NCBI GenBank assembly: GCA_044344255.1 | Contig: JBIJDH010000010.1 | Location: forward strand, 96,001-160,000 | DNA from: Myxococcota bacterium | Lineage (GTDB): Bacteria > Myxococcota_A > UBA796 > UBA2385 | Direction of reading: 5' to 3' | DNA: 64,000 nt | Shown here: positions 1-13,066 of the stretch, in pieces | Position numbering within the stretch: the first letter of the stretch is position 1 | Layout of the letters: each line of letters begins with the position of its first letter | Made by a program: the position numbers and the translations under genes | Notes under the pieces: generated by a model | Database searches by the model: none | Told to the model about the DNA's origin: nothing | The model's input: only the letters and a program-made list of their open reading frames with translations

Positions 1-2
1 CG

Positions 3-998
3 GTCCGCAGCATCCTCACCAACGTCACCTGGGCCCCCGACGGGGAGACCGTGCTGGCCGCGATGGAGGGCTCCCGGGTGGCGGCGGCCCTCGACGTCGA
101 TCCCGCCCACTTCGCCCCCTTCCTGAGCGGCCTGCTCACCGCCCCGCTCACCTTCATCGGCACCGGGCAGCAGGGCGTCTCCGGCATCGCCTTCCTGGGG
201 GGACAGCGGGCCTTCGCGCTGCACTGGCTCGACCGCTCCCTCTCCGAGCTCGACTACCCGAGCGCCCGCGCCGAGCTCGACCTCCAGCGCGAGGGCGCCG
301 AGCCCATGCCCCTCTTCGTCGACGCCGCGGTCTCGCTCGGCGCCTCCACCCTCGACCCCGTCGTCGAGGAGGGCCGCCTCCTCTTCCACGCGGCGGTCAA
401 CCCCGTGATGTCGACCTCGCTGTCGGGCGTGTCCTGCTCCACCTGCCACGCGGGCGGGCGCACGAGCGGCATCAACACGATGGAGCGGGACCTCATCCCC
501 CGGCAGGTGCCCTCCTTCGCCGGCCCCGTCTCCGGCACCGCACCCTTCACCTGGAACAACGACATCGCCTCGATCTCCGACGAGATCATGATCACGAGCC
601 AGATCCGGCTCGGCGGCCGCGGCATCACCGAGGCGCAGCTCGCGGCCCTCGAGGCCTACATCGACTTCATCCCCGACGCCGACACGCCGGAGAAGGGCTC
701 GCGCTCCCCCGCGGCGCTGCGCGGCGAGGCGCTCTTCAACCGCCAGGACGTCGGCTGCGCCGGCTGCCACAGCGGCCCCCGCTTCACCGACAACCAGAGC
801 TACGACCTCTACCAGCTCGACGGCGTCAACACGCCCACCCTGGTCGGCCTCGTGGCCACCGCGCCCTACCTGCACGACGGCCGCGCCCTCACGCTGCGCG
901 CCGTGCTCGAGACCACCCGCGGGGCGCAGATGGGCGACACCTCGATGCTCTCAACGGACGAGCTCGACGACCTCGAGGCCTATCTGCGCTCGCTCTGA
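3..998 (+). CDS. Di-heme cytochrome c peroxidase/MauG-like protein (5' truncated by window)
   Basis: Two CxxCH motifs (CSTCH, CAGCH) and TPTL...TAPYLHDG; frame open to the window edge. Confidence 0.85.
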   Translation, partial: VRSILTNVTWAPDGETVLAAMEGSRVAAALDVDPAHFAPFLSGLLTAPLTFIGTGQQGVSGIAFLGGQRAFALHWLDRSLSELDYPSARAELDLQREGAEPMPLFVDAAVSLGASTLDPVVEEGRLLFHAAVNPVMSTSLSGVSCSTCHAGGRTSGINTMERDLIPRQVPSFAGPVSGTAPFTWNNDIASISDEIMITSQIRLGGRGITEAQLAALEAYIDFIPDADTPEKGSRSPAALRGEALFNRQDVGCAGCHSGPRFTDNQSYDLYQLDGVNTPTLVGLVATAPYLHDGRALTLRAVLETTRGAQMGDTSMLSTDELDDLEAYLRSL

Positions 999-1081
999 AG
1001 CAGACGGGAGCCTGACGGTGGAAGTCCGCGAAAGTGTCGGTCGGGACGGGCACCGATAGGAGAGCTCCGTCTGGAGCCCCG

Positions 1082-2467
1082 ATGTCCCTCCCGCCGCTCA
1101 CCGCCCCCCTGCGCACCATCACGCTCGTGCTCACGCTGCTCGGCGCGGGGCTCTTCGCCGCCGGCTGGGGCGGCCCCGCCTCGGCCCAGGCCACGGCCGC
1201 GACCACGCCTACGGTCACGGCCACGACCACGGTCGAAGCCACCGCCCAGGCCAGCGCCGCGCCCGAGGACGCGGTCCTGCGGCAGGCCGCGCTGTGGAAG
1301 ATCGCGCTCGGTGCGGGTGGCTTCCTCCTGGTGAGCGCCTCGCTCGGCCGGCTGCTCCAGCTCGGCGGCCTCCGGCAGCGGCTGCTCTCCCGCGCGGCCG
1401 AGTGGGAGGAGCGCCTCGCCGACCTCGAGGCGCCCCTCGACCGCCTCGGCCTCGACCGGGACAGCCTCCGCGCGCAGCTCGGGGCACCCCGCCAAACCGG
1501 CGCCCTGGCCGCCGAGGTCGCGGCCGACCTCGATCGGATCGTGGGCGAGCTCGCCGCCATGCGCACCCACATCGCCCGCTGCCGCGCGCCGGCGCTCGGG
1601 GGCTTCGCCCTACGCGCAGGGCCGCTCCAGGGCGCCCTCCTCGCGCTCGAGAGCCCCTTCGAGTTCGACACGGGCACTCTCCCCGCGGCGCTGCGCCTGC
1701 GGTCGAAGGGCGAGGTGCTCCGCCTCGCGGGCGCCACGCGGGTGGACTCGCTGCCCGGCGCCGTGGTCGAGCTCTCCCTCAAGATCAACCGCCTGCGGCT
1801 GGCCGCCGCGGCGTCCCACCGGAGGACCCGCGCCGAGCTCCCCTTCGACCGACTCCAGCGCTGGACCGAGCGCCTCGCCGCCCTCGGCCTCGCCCCCGCC
1901 TGGCTCCAGCACCACCCCCTCTGCGAGGCTGAGGCGATCGAGGCGGAGCTGGAGGCCGTCCGGCGGACCGATCCTGCGCGATGGATCGACGAGCTCCCCC
2001 GCACCCAGCACGCGGTCCGGGCCGCCGAAGAGCGGCTCCACGCCCTGACGGACAGCCTCGACGCGATCGCGGTCGTCCGCTTCACCCTGCCGGAGCTGCC
2101 CGACTGCGGGATCTCCCCCGAAGATGACCCTGCGCGCACGCTCGGCGACGCCGCCCGGGGCGAGGCACACCTCCGCCGCTCCCTCGAGGCGATCGAGCTC
2201 GAGCCGAGCATCCAGGGAGCGATGGCGCTCCTCAACCTCTACCGCCGCGCGCAAGCGCAGGTGCAGGCCATCGACGCGGCGGTCGCGCCCGCGCCTCCTC
2301 GAGAGGGCGGCGGTCTCTCGAACGTGCGCCGCTCAGTAGTGGGGCGGCGGCTCGTGGCCGGGGACACCCTCGGTGAGGCCGCCGGACTGCCCGTCCTGGC
2401 GGAGACCCTCCACCTCGCGGCGGAGCCGGAGCACCTCGTCGTAGAGCTCGCGCACCACGCCGTCTAG
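1082..2467 (+). CDS. Hypothetical membrane-anchored helical protein
   Basis: Signal-like N-terminus, Ala/Thr linker, one TM, long helical region; 3' end overlaps slyX. Confidence 0.6.
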   Translation: MSLPPLTAPLRTITLVLTLLGAGLFAAGWGGPASAQATAATTPTVTATTTVEATAQASAAPEDAVLRQAALWKIALGAGGFLLVSASLGRLLQLGGLRQRLLSRAAEWEERLADLEAPLDRLGLDRDSLRAQLGAPRQTGALAAEVAADLDRIVGELAAMRTHIARCRAPALGGFALRAGPLQGALLALESPFEFDTGTLPAALRLRSKGEVLRLAGATRVDSLPGAVVELSLKINRLRLAAAASHRRTRAELPFDRLQRWTERLAALGLAPAWLQHHPLCEAEAIEAELEAVRRTDPARWIDELPRTQHAVRAAEERLHALTDSLDAIAVVRFTLPELPDCGISPEDDPARTLGDAARGEAHLRRSLEAIELEPSIQGAMALLNLYRRAQAQVQAIDAAVAPAPPREGGGLSNVRRSVVGRRLVAGDTLGEAAGLPVLAETLHLAAEPEHLVVELAHHAV

Positions 2468-2545
2468 CTCGGAGAGCTGGCGCTCCGTCCAGGCGAGGCG
2501 GGCTTCGAGGTCGGTGGTGCGGTCGTCGGGGGTAGGGTCGTTCAT
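2333..2545 (-). CDS. slyX: SlyX family protein
   Basis: 70 aa, LEARLAW..RQLSELD coiled coil and C-terminal EPPPHY. Confidence 0.9.
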   Translation of the reverse strand: MNDPTPDDRTTDLEARLAWTERQLSELDGVVRELYDEVLRLRREVEGLRQDGQSGGLTEGVPGHEPPPHY

Positions 2546-3492
2546 CGGGGAGGGCTATCCCCGGGGTCGACCGGTCGGCCACGCCGGGCGACCGCCGAAC
2601 CGCCTGGGCGCGGGCCGGTGGGGACGAAGCGGAAGCCGAGGCGGAGCTCGAGGCCGTGGTCGTCGAGCACGTCCACGCCGCGCCCATCGCTGTGGCCGAG
2701 CCCCCCGTAGAGCTGCGCCGTCCAGCCGCTGTCGCTCAAGAGCTCGAGGCCGAGCTCGGCCTGTCGGGTGTAGGCCCAGGGCCGCGCGAGGTCGGGCCGG
2801 GCGCCGAAGTCTTCAGGGTGCAGGTCCTGGGCCACCGCCTCGACGAAGCCGGCGAGGTAGGGGGCCGCCACCCGCCCGACCGGCGCCCGCAGACCGACGT
2901 CGAGGGAGGCCCCCCACGTCTGGCCGCGCAGGCCGTGGGCGACCGAGGGGGTAAAGAACCGCACCGCCGGCACGAGCTGGAGGTCGAGGTGGTCGCCCGC
3001 GAGGGCGCGGCGGTGGCCGAGGCGGGCCCGCAGGTACTCGTAGGAGCTGAAGGTCTCGTTCACGAAGTACCGGCTCGTGACCGCCTCGCCGCCGTAGGCC
3101 CAGATCCAGGCGTCCCAGTCGGCGACGTGGTCGCTCTCGTGGACGTAGCCGAGCTCGGCCCAGCTCCGGTCGCGGCCGGGGGTGCGGGCGTCGAGGCCGT
3201 CGAGGCCGGCGAGCAGCCGCCAGCCGAAGCTCGCGCGGAAGCTCTGCCAGGGCACGGGCATGCTGTCATCGAAGTTGATGAGCTCGACGAAGCCGTCGAA
3301 GCTCAGGCCGAGGCGGACGCGGGGGCCCACCCGGCCCACGAGCAGGTTCGAGGTGCCCCCCATCGCCTCCCAGCGACCGCCGCTCACCGTGTAGCGGAGC
3401 TCGGGGTCGTCGGGGTCGAGGAGGGGCGCTGCGTCGAGCCAGTCGACCACCGGGTCGAGGGCGTCCCAGTCCCCCGCGTGGTCGAGGTCCAT
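2542..3492 (-). CDS. Putative outer-membrane beta-barrel protein (DUF1207/OMPLA-like)
   Basis: Alternating beta-strand pattern, HESDH motif, LRLGFRF near C-terminus; no obvious signal peptide. Confidence 0.5.
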   Translation of the reverse strand: MDLDHAGDWDALDPVVDWLDAAPLLDPDDPELRYTVSGGRWEAMGGTSNLLVGRVGPRVRLGLSFDGFVELINFDDSMPVPWQSFRASFGWRLLAGLDGLDARTPGRDRSWAELGYVHESDHVADWDAWIWAYGGEAVTSRYFVNETFSSYEYLRARLGHRRALAGDHLDLQLVPAVRFFTPSVAHGLRGQTWGASLDVGLRAPVGRVAAPYLAGFVEAVAQDLHPEDFGARPDLARPWAYTRQAELGLELLSDSGWTAQLYGGLGHSDGRGVDVLDDHGLELRLGFRFVPTGPRPGGSAVARRGRPVDPGDSPPR

Positions 3493-3498
3493 CCCGGA

Positions 3499-5814
<2,316 letters not shown>

Positions 5815-5855
5815 TCAGGCTATCTTGAGGCCCCCTCACCCCCGACGAAGGTCCC

Positions 5856-6137
5856 ATGGCTGATCCCCACCGACCCGCACCCGACCTCGAGGCCCGCAGG
5901 CGGGCCCTGCGCGCCGATCTCAGCGATATGTTCATCGTGCCGCGCCGGATCGGCCTCGTCGGCTGTGCGCTGTCGGCCGTGGGCCTCATCACCTCGGGCG
6001 CGCAGCTCGGCCCTCAGGTGGTCGGCTCCTGGCTGCTCCTGCTCGCGAGCTGGACCCTGCTCGGCTGGGTGATCTACCACCGCAGCCGATACGCGAAGCA
6101 GGTCATGGCGACCTGGCCACCCGAACAAGAGAGCTGA
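5856..6137 (+). CDS. Small 2-TM membrane protein
   Basis: 93 aa with two hydrophobic helices; fills gap between opposite-strand genes. Confidence 0.7.
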   Translation: MADPHRPAPDLEARRRALRADLSDMFIVPRRIGLVGCALSAVGLITSGAQLGPQVVGSWLLLLASWTLLGWVIYHRSRYAKQVMATWPPEQES

Positions 6138-6176
6138 GCGCCGCGGCCCCCGCGCCGCGGCCCATCGCGACCCGGC

Positions 6177-7226
6177 TCAGGGCGCGTCCGCGGGGCAGAG
6201 GGAGGCCACGTCGAGGTGGGTCTCCGAGCCCCACCCGGCCTCCACGGTGTCGGCCACGAGGGCGCCAGAGAAGGCGCCGAGCAGCCGCACCTGCCCGTCC
6301 GGCGCGTAGACGAGGGCGTTGATGAGCGAGCCGTCGTTGAGGCTGACCGTGCCGCCGCCGATCAGGTAGACGCGGAGCTGCTCGGGCGCGCCGCCGGGGT
6401 TCATCGAGGCGCCCCAGCTCAGCGTGAGGTCACCGGTGACATAGAGCTCGAGCGAGAGGCCGCTCGGGATCTCGAGGGCGCCGCCCTCGTTGGCGAAGTC
6501 GGTCACGAGCAGGCGGCTGTCGGCGGTGAGCGCGGCGGTGGAGCCGTAGCCGATACGCAGGCTGTCGAATTGGGCGTCCCCATCGAAGTCGTGGTGCTCC
6601 TCCCAGCCGAGGTAGAGGTCACCCGAGGAGGCGGGGAGGTCGGTGGGCGCGGCCACGGTCGGGAGGGTGGCGGGGGCCGGGAGCTGCACCACCCCGCCGC
6701 TGACCGATACCCCCCAGACCTCACAGTAGGCGGTGGCAGGGTCCAGGCCGACATAGACGGTGCCGCTCACCGTCGCCCCGTTGCTGAGCGCGCACTCCCC
6801 GGACCCGTTCACGGCGAGGGTGGCGTCGCTGCCGATGTTGCCGCCGCCGTAGTCCCCGATCGCGGCGTCGTAGCTGTCGAAGGCGGCCCCGTACGCGAGG
6901 GTGGCCGAGCTGCCCGCGATGAGGCCGTATTCGAAACAAAAGGCGGGGTCGTCGGGGGGATCCCCCCCGGTGTCGCCGGTGTCGGCGCCGCCGTCCGCCC
7001 CGTCCGCCCCGTCTGTGCCGTCGGTCCCGTCTGCGCCGTCGGCCCCATCGGTCCCGTCGGTCCCGTCGGTCCCGTCGGTCCCGTCGGTCCCGTCGGTGTC
7101 GATACCGCCGTCGCCTCCCCCTGCGATGTCCTCCCCGGCGCTACCCTCGATCGACGCCTTGGAGGCCCCGCAGGCGGAGAGGCCGAGCAGGAGGGGGAGG
7201 AGACAGGAGAGGTGCGGGGCTCTCAT
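6177..7226 (-). CDS. Lipoprotein with GTD-repeat linker and C-terminal beta-helix-like domain
   Basis: Lipobox LSAC; (DGT/DGA)n; LELYVTGDL...VYAP.G.V...GALVA pattern. Confidence 0.75.
   Translation of the reverse strand: MRAPHLSCLLPLLLGLSACGASKASIEGSAGEDIAGGGDGGIDTDGTDGTDGTDGTDGTDGADGADGTDGTDGADGADGGADTGDTGGDPPDDPAFCFEYGLIAGSSATLAYGAAFDSYDAAIGDYGGGNIGSDATLAVNGSGECALSNGATVSGTVYVGLDPATAYCEVWGVSVSGGVVQLPAPATLPTVAAPTDLPASSGDLYLGWEEHHDFDGDAQFDSLRIGYGSTAALTADSRLLVTDFANEGGALEIPSGLSLELYVTGDLTLSWGASMNPGGAPEQLRVYLIGGGTVSLNDGSLINALVYAPDGQVRLLGAFSGALVADTVEAGWGSETHLDVASLCPADAP
6990..7100. repeat. 9-bp tandem repeat (CCGTCGGTC-like) encoding DGT/DGA
   Basis: Directly visible tandem units inside the lipoprotein gene. 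Confidence 0.9.
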
Positions 7227-7275
7227 GAGGGCCAGTGTACACCCGCGCGAGCGCCCCTCGGCCCCAGGGCGCCCC

Positions 7276-8472
7276 TCAGGCCCAGGCCACGAGCAAGAAG
7301 GTGGCGGCGGCCCCGAAGGCCAGCGCCGGCACCGCCCCGCAGAGGAACCAGTAGAGCTGCTCCTGGACGTACTTCCCGAACCAGCGCTCCACCAGCTTGT
7401 ACTGGAACATCCCGATGTTGATGACCATCGCGATCGCCAGCGCCGCGTAGTTGAGCGCGAAGAGGCGGGTGACCGTGTTGTCACCCGAGGCCAGCGAGGA
7501 GTACTCGGAGTTCACCGTGAAGTTGAGGGCGATGACCGCGAAGAGCCCGCCGATGACGATGTTGGCGAGCTCGAAGGCGTCCACCTCGAAGTCTCCCTCG
7601 TCGCTCACCTTTTGGAGCCAGATGGCGATCATCGGGATGAGGAGCGACGAGAAGAGCGGGATGAACAGCGTGGGGACCACGCTCATCCACAGCCGCTGGG
7701 CGTTCAGGCTGGCGATCACGCGGGCGTGCTCGCGCTCGTGCCACCCGAGGAGGGGGGCCGCGCTCAGATCGACGGTGCCGACGCTCCAGCCCCCGAGGGA
7801 GACGCCCTCCTGGGCGTGGCTGAAGGCGACGTCTTCTCCATGAAACTCGAGGCCGACCTCCTCGGTGGAGGCCTCGCGGACCACGACGGCCACCTCGAGG
7901 GCCTGCCGGTCGAAGGGGAAGCTCTGCTCGTCCAGCGTGGTCGCGAAGGTGCCGCGGGTGCGCTCGAGGAGCTCGATCTGGCCACCCTTGGTGACGAAGA
8001 GGCCCCGCTCTCGAAAGGCGGGATCGCCGACGAGGTTGTCGATCTCGACCCGCGGCGCGCCGAGCTCGGCGAGGGCCGCCTCTACCGCTTCGCCGTGGCG
8101 CTCCATCGGGGGCGCGCCGCGCCGCGTCCAGACGAGGCGGGTGTCAACCGTGGCGTCGAAGGTCTGCTCATTCTCGTCGATCCCGTCGAGCGCCACAAAC
8201 TGAACACCGACTCGAACCGGCAAGGCCTGCCCGTTCGCGCCGAGGGCGCCCGCAGGGGGCGGCGCCACCCGCGCGGCGACCGGGGCGACCGGGGCGACCT
8301 CCGGAGGCGCCGCCTCCGCCTCGACCAGCGGGGCCGCGATCTGGGCCGCCTTCGCTCCCTTCGCGGCCTTCGCCCCCTTCGCCCCCTTGGCGGCGTCCGC
8401 CCCCGGGCCGAGGGCGAAGAGGCAGACGAGGCCGATCGGGACCAGGGCGGCGAGGCGCCAGGCCCGCCTCAC
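7276..8472 (-). CDS. Prokaryotic pentameric ligand-gated ion channel (Pro-loop/Cys-loop family, GLIC/ELIC-like)
   Basis: Signal peptide, VRVGV..IDE..QTF...LVW beta1-2, FPFDRQ Pro-loop, pre-M1 Arg, M1 Pro (LFIP), four C-terminal TM helices. Confidence 0.9.
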   Translation of the reverse strand: MRRAWRLAALVPIGLVCLFALGPGADAAKGAKGAKAAKGAKAAQIAAPLVEAEAAPPEVAPVAPVAARVAPPPAGALGANGQALPVRVGVQFVALDGIDENEQTFDATVDTRLVWTRRGAPPMERHGEAVEAALAELGAPRVEIDNLVGDPAFRERGLFVTKGGQIELLERTRGTFATTLDEQSFPFDRQALEVAVVVREASTEEVGLEFHGEDVAFSHAQEGVSLGGWSVGTVDLSAAPLLGWHEREHARVIASLNAQRLWMSVVPTLFIPLFSSLLIPMIAIWLQKVSDEGDFEVDAFELANIVIGGLFAVIALNFTVNSEYSSLASGDNTVTRLFALNYAALAIAMVINIGMFQYKLVERWFGKYVQEQLYWFLCGAVPALAFGAAATFLLVAWA

Positions 8473-9590
8473 TTCTCACCGCCCGGCTCGCGGAGCGCCT
8501 CATACGCGCGGCCCATCTGCTGGAGCTCCTCGGGGAGTCCGGCGCTGTCGAAGGGCTGGCTGCGGTCGCCGCCGGCCAGGGCCTCGAGCCGCCGGGCGAG
8601 GAGCTCGGCCGGGCGGGTGAGCAGCCCCCGCACGCTGACGAGGATGACGCCCGCGCAGAGCACGGAGCCCACGAGCACCATGAAGCCCTGCCAGACCACC
8701 ATCCGGGAGGCGGTGGCCCGCGAGCTCGTGAAGTCACCCGAGACGGCGAACATGCCGATGGTGGTGCCCGCGTGGTCCTTCACGGGGAGGAGCACCACGC
8801 CGTAGGGCACGCCGAAGGCCTCGCGGACATAGTCCTGGCTCGCCGTGCTCGCGAGGTCGCGGTCGCTCACCAGGGCGGCCATCCGCTCGCGGTGGGTGGT
8901 GTAGAAGCGCACGTAGGGGCCCACCCGGTTGGCCTCGGTGAGCACGTCGCCGGCGAGGTGGGTCGAGATCTCGCGCAGCAGCGCCTCGTTGAAGAAGATG
9001 GCCGCGTCGAGGCCATAGGCCGACTTGATGCCGTCGATGATCGGGCCGTAGTCGAGGCCGAACTCGATGGTGCCGAGGTGGGCGCCCTCGCTGTCGGTGA
9101 TCGGGGCCACACCCACGATCGAGGCGCCGGAGCGGGAGATCGAGACGCCCTTGATCGGCTGGCGTCGCTCGTTGGCCTCGACGATCATCGGCCGGTAGGC
9201 GCTGAGGTCCTCGCCGATGCCGTCCTTCGGAGAGTGGAGGCGCAAGAACATGGTGGCGGGGGGCACGGCGATGGCGGCCTGGCGCACGCCGAAGCGCTCT
9301 TTCTGCACGCGGAAGGAGTCGCCCACGTCGGCGTAGAGCGCCTCGCGGTCGCCGCTCTTCATGGCCCGCCGCACGCCCTCGAGGCGGGCGTAGATCTCCG
9401 CGTCGGCCAGCGCCTTGTCCTCGGCGTCGGCGAGGGTCTTGGTGGCGACGGAGCGCATGAGGCCGAGGCGGTCGGCCTCGGTCTGGGCGATGAGGCCCGA
9501 GAAGAGGCGCTGCGTGGCCACCGCCGTCAGCACGAGGACGAGGACCACCGCCGCGATCGACACGGTCGGTGCGCTCTTCTTGAAGGTCAT
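8469..9590 (-). CDS. dCache_3-type sensor with HAMP domain and no output domain
   Basis: TM, FLRLHSP..GEDLS.YRP..EAN Cache motif, second TM, HAMP (RP..LL...LAGGD...EELQQMGRAYEAL), then stop; GTGA overlap with the channel gene. Confidence 0.85.
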   Translation of the reverse strand: MTFKKSAPTVSIAAVVLVLVLTAVATQRLFSGLIAQTEADRLGLMRSVATKTLADAEDKALADAEIYARLEGVRRAMKSGDREALYADVGDSFRVQKERFGVRQAAIAVPPATMFLRLHSPKDGIGEDLSAYRPMIVEANERRQPIKGVSISRSGASIVGVAPITDSEGAHLGTIEFGLDYGPIIDGIKSAYGLDAAIFFNEALLREISTHLAGDVLTEANRVGPYVRFYTTHRERMAALVSDRDLASTASQDYVREAFGVPYGVVLLPVKDHAGTTIGMFAVSGDFTSSRATASRMVVWQGFMVLVGSVLCAGVILVSVRGLLTRPAELLARRLEALAGGDRSQPFDSAGLPEELQQMGRAYEALREPGGEK

Positions 9591-9773
9591 CCCACTCCCG
9601 AGGGCCGCGCGTGATCCGGGGCACCGCGGCAGCTATCCAACCCGGCCGGGGCGGGCCTCTCAGACCAGGACATGACTCAAGGCAGGCCTTGGGCCCTCGA
9701 CAGCGGGCCGACCGCGCGTTTGGGGTCGAGATCGCCCTGCCCGCACCGCCGGGCTCGGTTAGCCGCCGACCCC

Positions 9774-10889
9774 ATGGACGTTGACGCCTTCTCGAATGAG
9801 CTCCAGGCCCTCGGCGCGGCCCTGCGCAAGCAGAGCCCGGAGCGCGACGTGGCCCACCTTCGGCGGGTCTCCGCCGTCGGTCGGCTGTTCACCCTGATCG
9901 GCTGGGCCACGGCCTGGATCGCGCCCAACCCGGTGTCGATGCTCGGGCTGTCGCTCGGCCGCTTCGCGCGCTGGGTGATGATCGCCCACCACGTCGCCCA
10001 CCGCGGCTACGACCGGGTGGGCGGGCCGCTGGGCAAGCCCTTCGGGGAGGGCTGGCGGCGCTACATCGACTGGTTCGACTGGATCTACCCCGCGGCCTGG
10101 AAGCACGAGCACAACACGCTCCACCACTACCGCTTGAACGAGGCGCGCGACCCCGACCTCGTCGAAGAGAACCTCCAGTGGCTCCGCGACAGCAGCGCCC
10201 CGCGCTTCGTGAAGTACATCGTCACCGTCGTGGCCGCGCTGACCTGGAAGTGGGTCTACTACGCCCCCAACACCCTCGGTGAGCTGCACCGCATCGACGA
10301 CAATCGCGAGGGGCTCGACCGCAACGTCCGCACCTGGAATCCCCTCAAGCCGGCCGGGCGAGACCTCTACTTGAAGAGCCTCTTCCCGTACCTCCTGCTC
10401 AATTTCGTGGTCCCCACGGCGCTCGGCTACCTCATCTCCCCCTGGGCGGCCCTCTCGGTGCTGATCAACAGCGTCGTCGGCGAGCTCCTCACGAGCGTGC
10501 ACACCTTCGCGGTGATCGTGCCCAACCACGCCGGTCGCGACCTCTATCGGTTCACCGATCCCCCCCAGGGCAAGGCGGACTTCTTCCTCCGCCAGGTGCT
10601 GGGCTCGGTGAACTTCCGCACCGGCGGGCAGGTCAACGACTTCCTGCACGGCTACTTGAACTACCAGATCGAGCACCACCTCTGGCCCGATATGCCGATG
10701 ATGGCCTACGCCCGCGCCGCGCCGCAGGTCAAGGCGCTCTGCCAACGGTACGGTGTCCCCTATGTCCAAGAGTCTGTCTTCGCTCGGATCTGGAAGACCG
10801 TCCGGATCTACTCGGGTGAAGACTCGATGAAGGTGGCGAGCAGCGGCCTCTCCTGGGCGCAGGCCGACACGACCCCTCAGCGGGCGTAG
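9774..10889 (+). CDS. Membrane fatty acid desaturase
   Basis: His boxes [18 protein letters not shown]. Confidence 0.93.
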   Translation: MDVDAFSNELQALGAALRKQSPERDVAHLRRVSAVGRLFTLIGWATAWIAPNPVSMLGLSLGRFARWVMIAHHVAHRGYDRVGGPLGKPFGEGWRRYIDWFDWIYPAAWKHEHNTLHHYRLNEARDPDLVEENLQWLRDSSAPRFVKYIVTVVAALTWKWVYYAPNTLGELHRIDDNREGLDRNVRTWNPLKPAGRDLYLKSLFPYLLLNFVVPTALGYLISPWAALSVLINSVVGELLTSVHTFAVIVPNHAGRDLYRFTDPPQGKADFFLRQVLGSVNFRTGGQVNDFLHGYLNYQIEHHLWPDMPMMAYARAAPQVKALCQRYGVPYVQESVFARIWKTVRIYSGEDSMKVASSGLSWAQADTTPQRA

Positions 10890-11998
10890 GGCTCGACCAC
10901 GCAGCGAAAGCCGATGGTGCCGTCGAAGTCGGGCAGATGCACGAGGGAGCCCTCGTCGAGCCCGCAGCCGCCGCCGGTGCCCGTGTACCAGGCACAGCCC
11001 CGCTTGTCCGGGACAGTGGAGCCGTCGTACTCCCGGGCGAGGGCCACCCTCCAGAGCGTGTCCGGATCGGCGAGGTCGACCGGGAGGAGCGCGACCGGGA
11101 TGAGCGTGTCGGTGCTGTGGTCTCGCTCGAGGTAACCGCGCGCGAAGAAGCTCTCGTGCGAGGGCTCGACCTGCGCCGAGGTGACGTAGAGGGTCCCGTC
11201 GGCCTCCGCGTAGACCGTGGAGGGGTGGAGCCCGGCGGCCTCGATTGACAGCGTCGAGAGCGACTCGAGCGCTTCGAGGCGGAGGAGCTCGTCGGTCGCG
11301 CCGGAGGGCACGATCTCGAGCGTCACCCCCTCCGCGGCCAAGGCGGCGAGGGCACCGTCGATGTCGAGGCGCTGCCCGGAGTCTGTCCACTCCCAGGCGT
11401 TGCCGATCTGATCGTAGACCCCGCCCTCTGTCCGGCACTCGGGCATCGAGCCGGTGGGCTGGAGCCCGTCGAACTGGAGCTCCCCCTCGTCGCTGAGCGT
11501 GACGCAGAGCGACTCATCGAAGGTCTCCCCCCACGGGAAGGCCGCGCCGCCGGCGCCGAGGACGCCGTCGCCAGCGTCCTCCCACTCGCTCGCCGTGGCG
11601 AGGTGCGGCGTGGCGTAGGCCCCCCCAGCGTCGTCGAGCACCACCCGCGCCTCACAGGCGGCCACCGCGTCGTCGTAGGTGATGCCTGTGATGGGCAGGG
11701 CCCCCGCCACCGAGGCGACGCTGGCGCCGGCCTCCGAGAGCTCGTAGGCGTCGATGCAGTAGGAGGGGCTGTCGCTGGGCACCGGCGCCATCCCGACGGG
11801 GCAGCCGTACTCAGCCGGAGGCTCGCCGCTGTCCCCCGGCGCCCCCGTGTCACCCCGGCCAGTGTCGCCACGACCGGTGTCACCCCTGCCCGAGTCGGCG
11901 TGGGCGGAGCCCTCCGCGTCGCTGGGCTTCGCCTGCATGGCCGGGCGCGCGCAGCCGAGGGGCAGCAGGACGAGGGGCCAGAGTCGGAGGGTGAGCAC
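10877..11998 (-). CDS. FGE-sulfatase (SUMF1) domain lipoprotein
   Basis: Lipobox [36 protein letters not shown] start with AGGA RBS. Confidence 0.85.
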   Translation of the reverse strand: MLTLRLWPLVLLPLGCARPAMQAKPSDAEGSAHADSGRGDTGRGDTGRGDTGAPGDSGEPPAEYGCPVGMAPVPSDSPSYCIDAYELSEAGASVASVAGALPITGITYDDAVAACEARVVLDDAGGAYATPHLATASEWEDAGDGVLGAGGAAFPWGETFDESLCVTLSDEGELQFDGLQPTGSMPECRTEGGVYDQIGNAWEWTDSGQRLDIDGALAALAAEGVTLEIVPSGATDELLRLEALESLSTLSIEAAGLHPSTVYAEADGTLYVTSAQVEPSHESFFARGYLERDHSTDTLIPVALLPVDLADPDTLWRVALAREYDGSTVPDKRGCAWYTGTGGGCGLDEGSLVHLPDFDGTIGFRCVVEPYAR

Positions 11999-12050
11999 GG
12001 CCCATCCTACACCCCGGCACGGCCGCCGCGGGCGCACCCCGACGCGCGGG

Positions 12051-12923
12051 CTACTTTCCCTTGAACTCGATGAAGACCGCGTACCCGTCGATGCTCCCGA
12101 GGGTGCGCGCGTCGAACTCGAAGCCCCCACCCTCGCAGGTGTAGGTGGAGATCGAGGCCTTGGGGACGAAGAAGAAGCCGTCGGCCGCCGCCGACGTCGA
12201 GGCGTTGGCCGTGCCGCCGGTGGCGAACATGCCGTCGGCGCTGTCGGCGTCGGAGTAGTGAACCGGGTACTCGCAGGCCGGACAGGTGACCATGCCGCCG
12301 TCCATCGGCAGACCGCCGTCGTCCAGCACGCGGCCGGCCATGAAGCGGAAGGTCTCGTCGGTGGGGCCGTCGTAGCCGACGAGGTCTGCGATGTAAGCGG
12401 CGCGCAGCTCTTGAGAGACGACCCGCGCGGAGACGTCGGTGAGGGCGTCACCCGCGCCGAGGCCGGAGAGCATCTCGGCGCTGATGCCGGTGGCGGAGGT
12501 CATCAGGAGGTCTTCACCGCTGTCGGGGCAGTCATCGACCACGATGAAGGCGCCGATCGAGGGGACCTCCTGGATGCCCGCCACCACGAAGACGCCGTCT
12601 GCGCAGAGCTTGGAGGAGGCGAGGATGGTGGGCTCTTGCCCGGCGAGGGCCGGGGAAGGGTCAATCGCCGTGACGCAGGCGCCCTCTGGGACGGGGGTGC
12701 CGGAGTCCTGGTAGAAGGCCACGCCCTCGATCCGCACGCCGGAGGCGTACAGGCTCTCGTCGCCACAGGCCTGCACGATCTCGGGGCCGGTGTCCTCGGG
12801 GATGAAGTCCCAGACATAGGCGATGTCTCGACCCCAACAACCGCTGAGCAGCGCGAGCGCGAGGCCGAGGCTGGACAGGCGGCGGGAAGGGCGGCTGGGC
12901 AGGCTGGGGTCGGATGTGGTCAC
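12051..12923 (-). CDS. Hypothetical lipoprotein (carboxypeptidase-regulatory-like beta sandwiches)
   Basis: Lipobox LSGC; GRV.D..G.P..G..V and ADG.F motifs, twice. Confidence 0.7.
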   Translation of the reverse strand: MTTSDPSLPSRPSRRLSSLGLALALLSGCWGRDIAYVWDFIPEDTGPEIVQACGDESLYASGVRIEGVAFYQDSGTPVPEGACVTAIDPSPALAGQEPTILASSKLCADGVFVVAGIQEVPSIGAFIVVDDCPDSGEDLLMTSATGISAEMLSGLGAGDALTDVSARVVSQELRAAYIADLVGYDGPTDETFRFMAGRVLDDGGLPMDGGMVTCPACEYPVHYSDADSADGMFATGGTANASTSAAADGFFFVPKASISTYTCEGGGFEFDARTLGSIDGYAVFIEFKGK

Positions 12924-13066
12924 GTTAGCTCCCCTCGAACCGGCCCCCTATTCCAGGATTCGGTCCCCCGCGAGTGACGCTCGGGTGAATCGTCACACTT
13001 TCCGCGCCCCTCCTGCCTGCGGGGCGCACCGCGGGTTAACGGGCGCGCTCCGGAACGGGGGATCTC

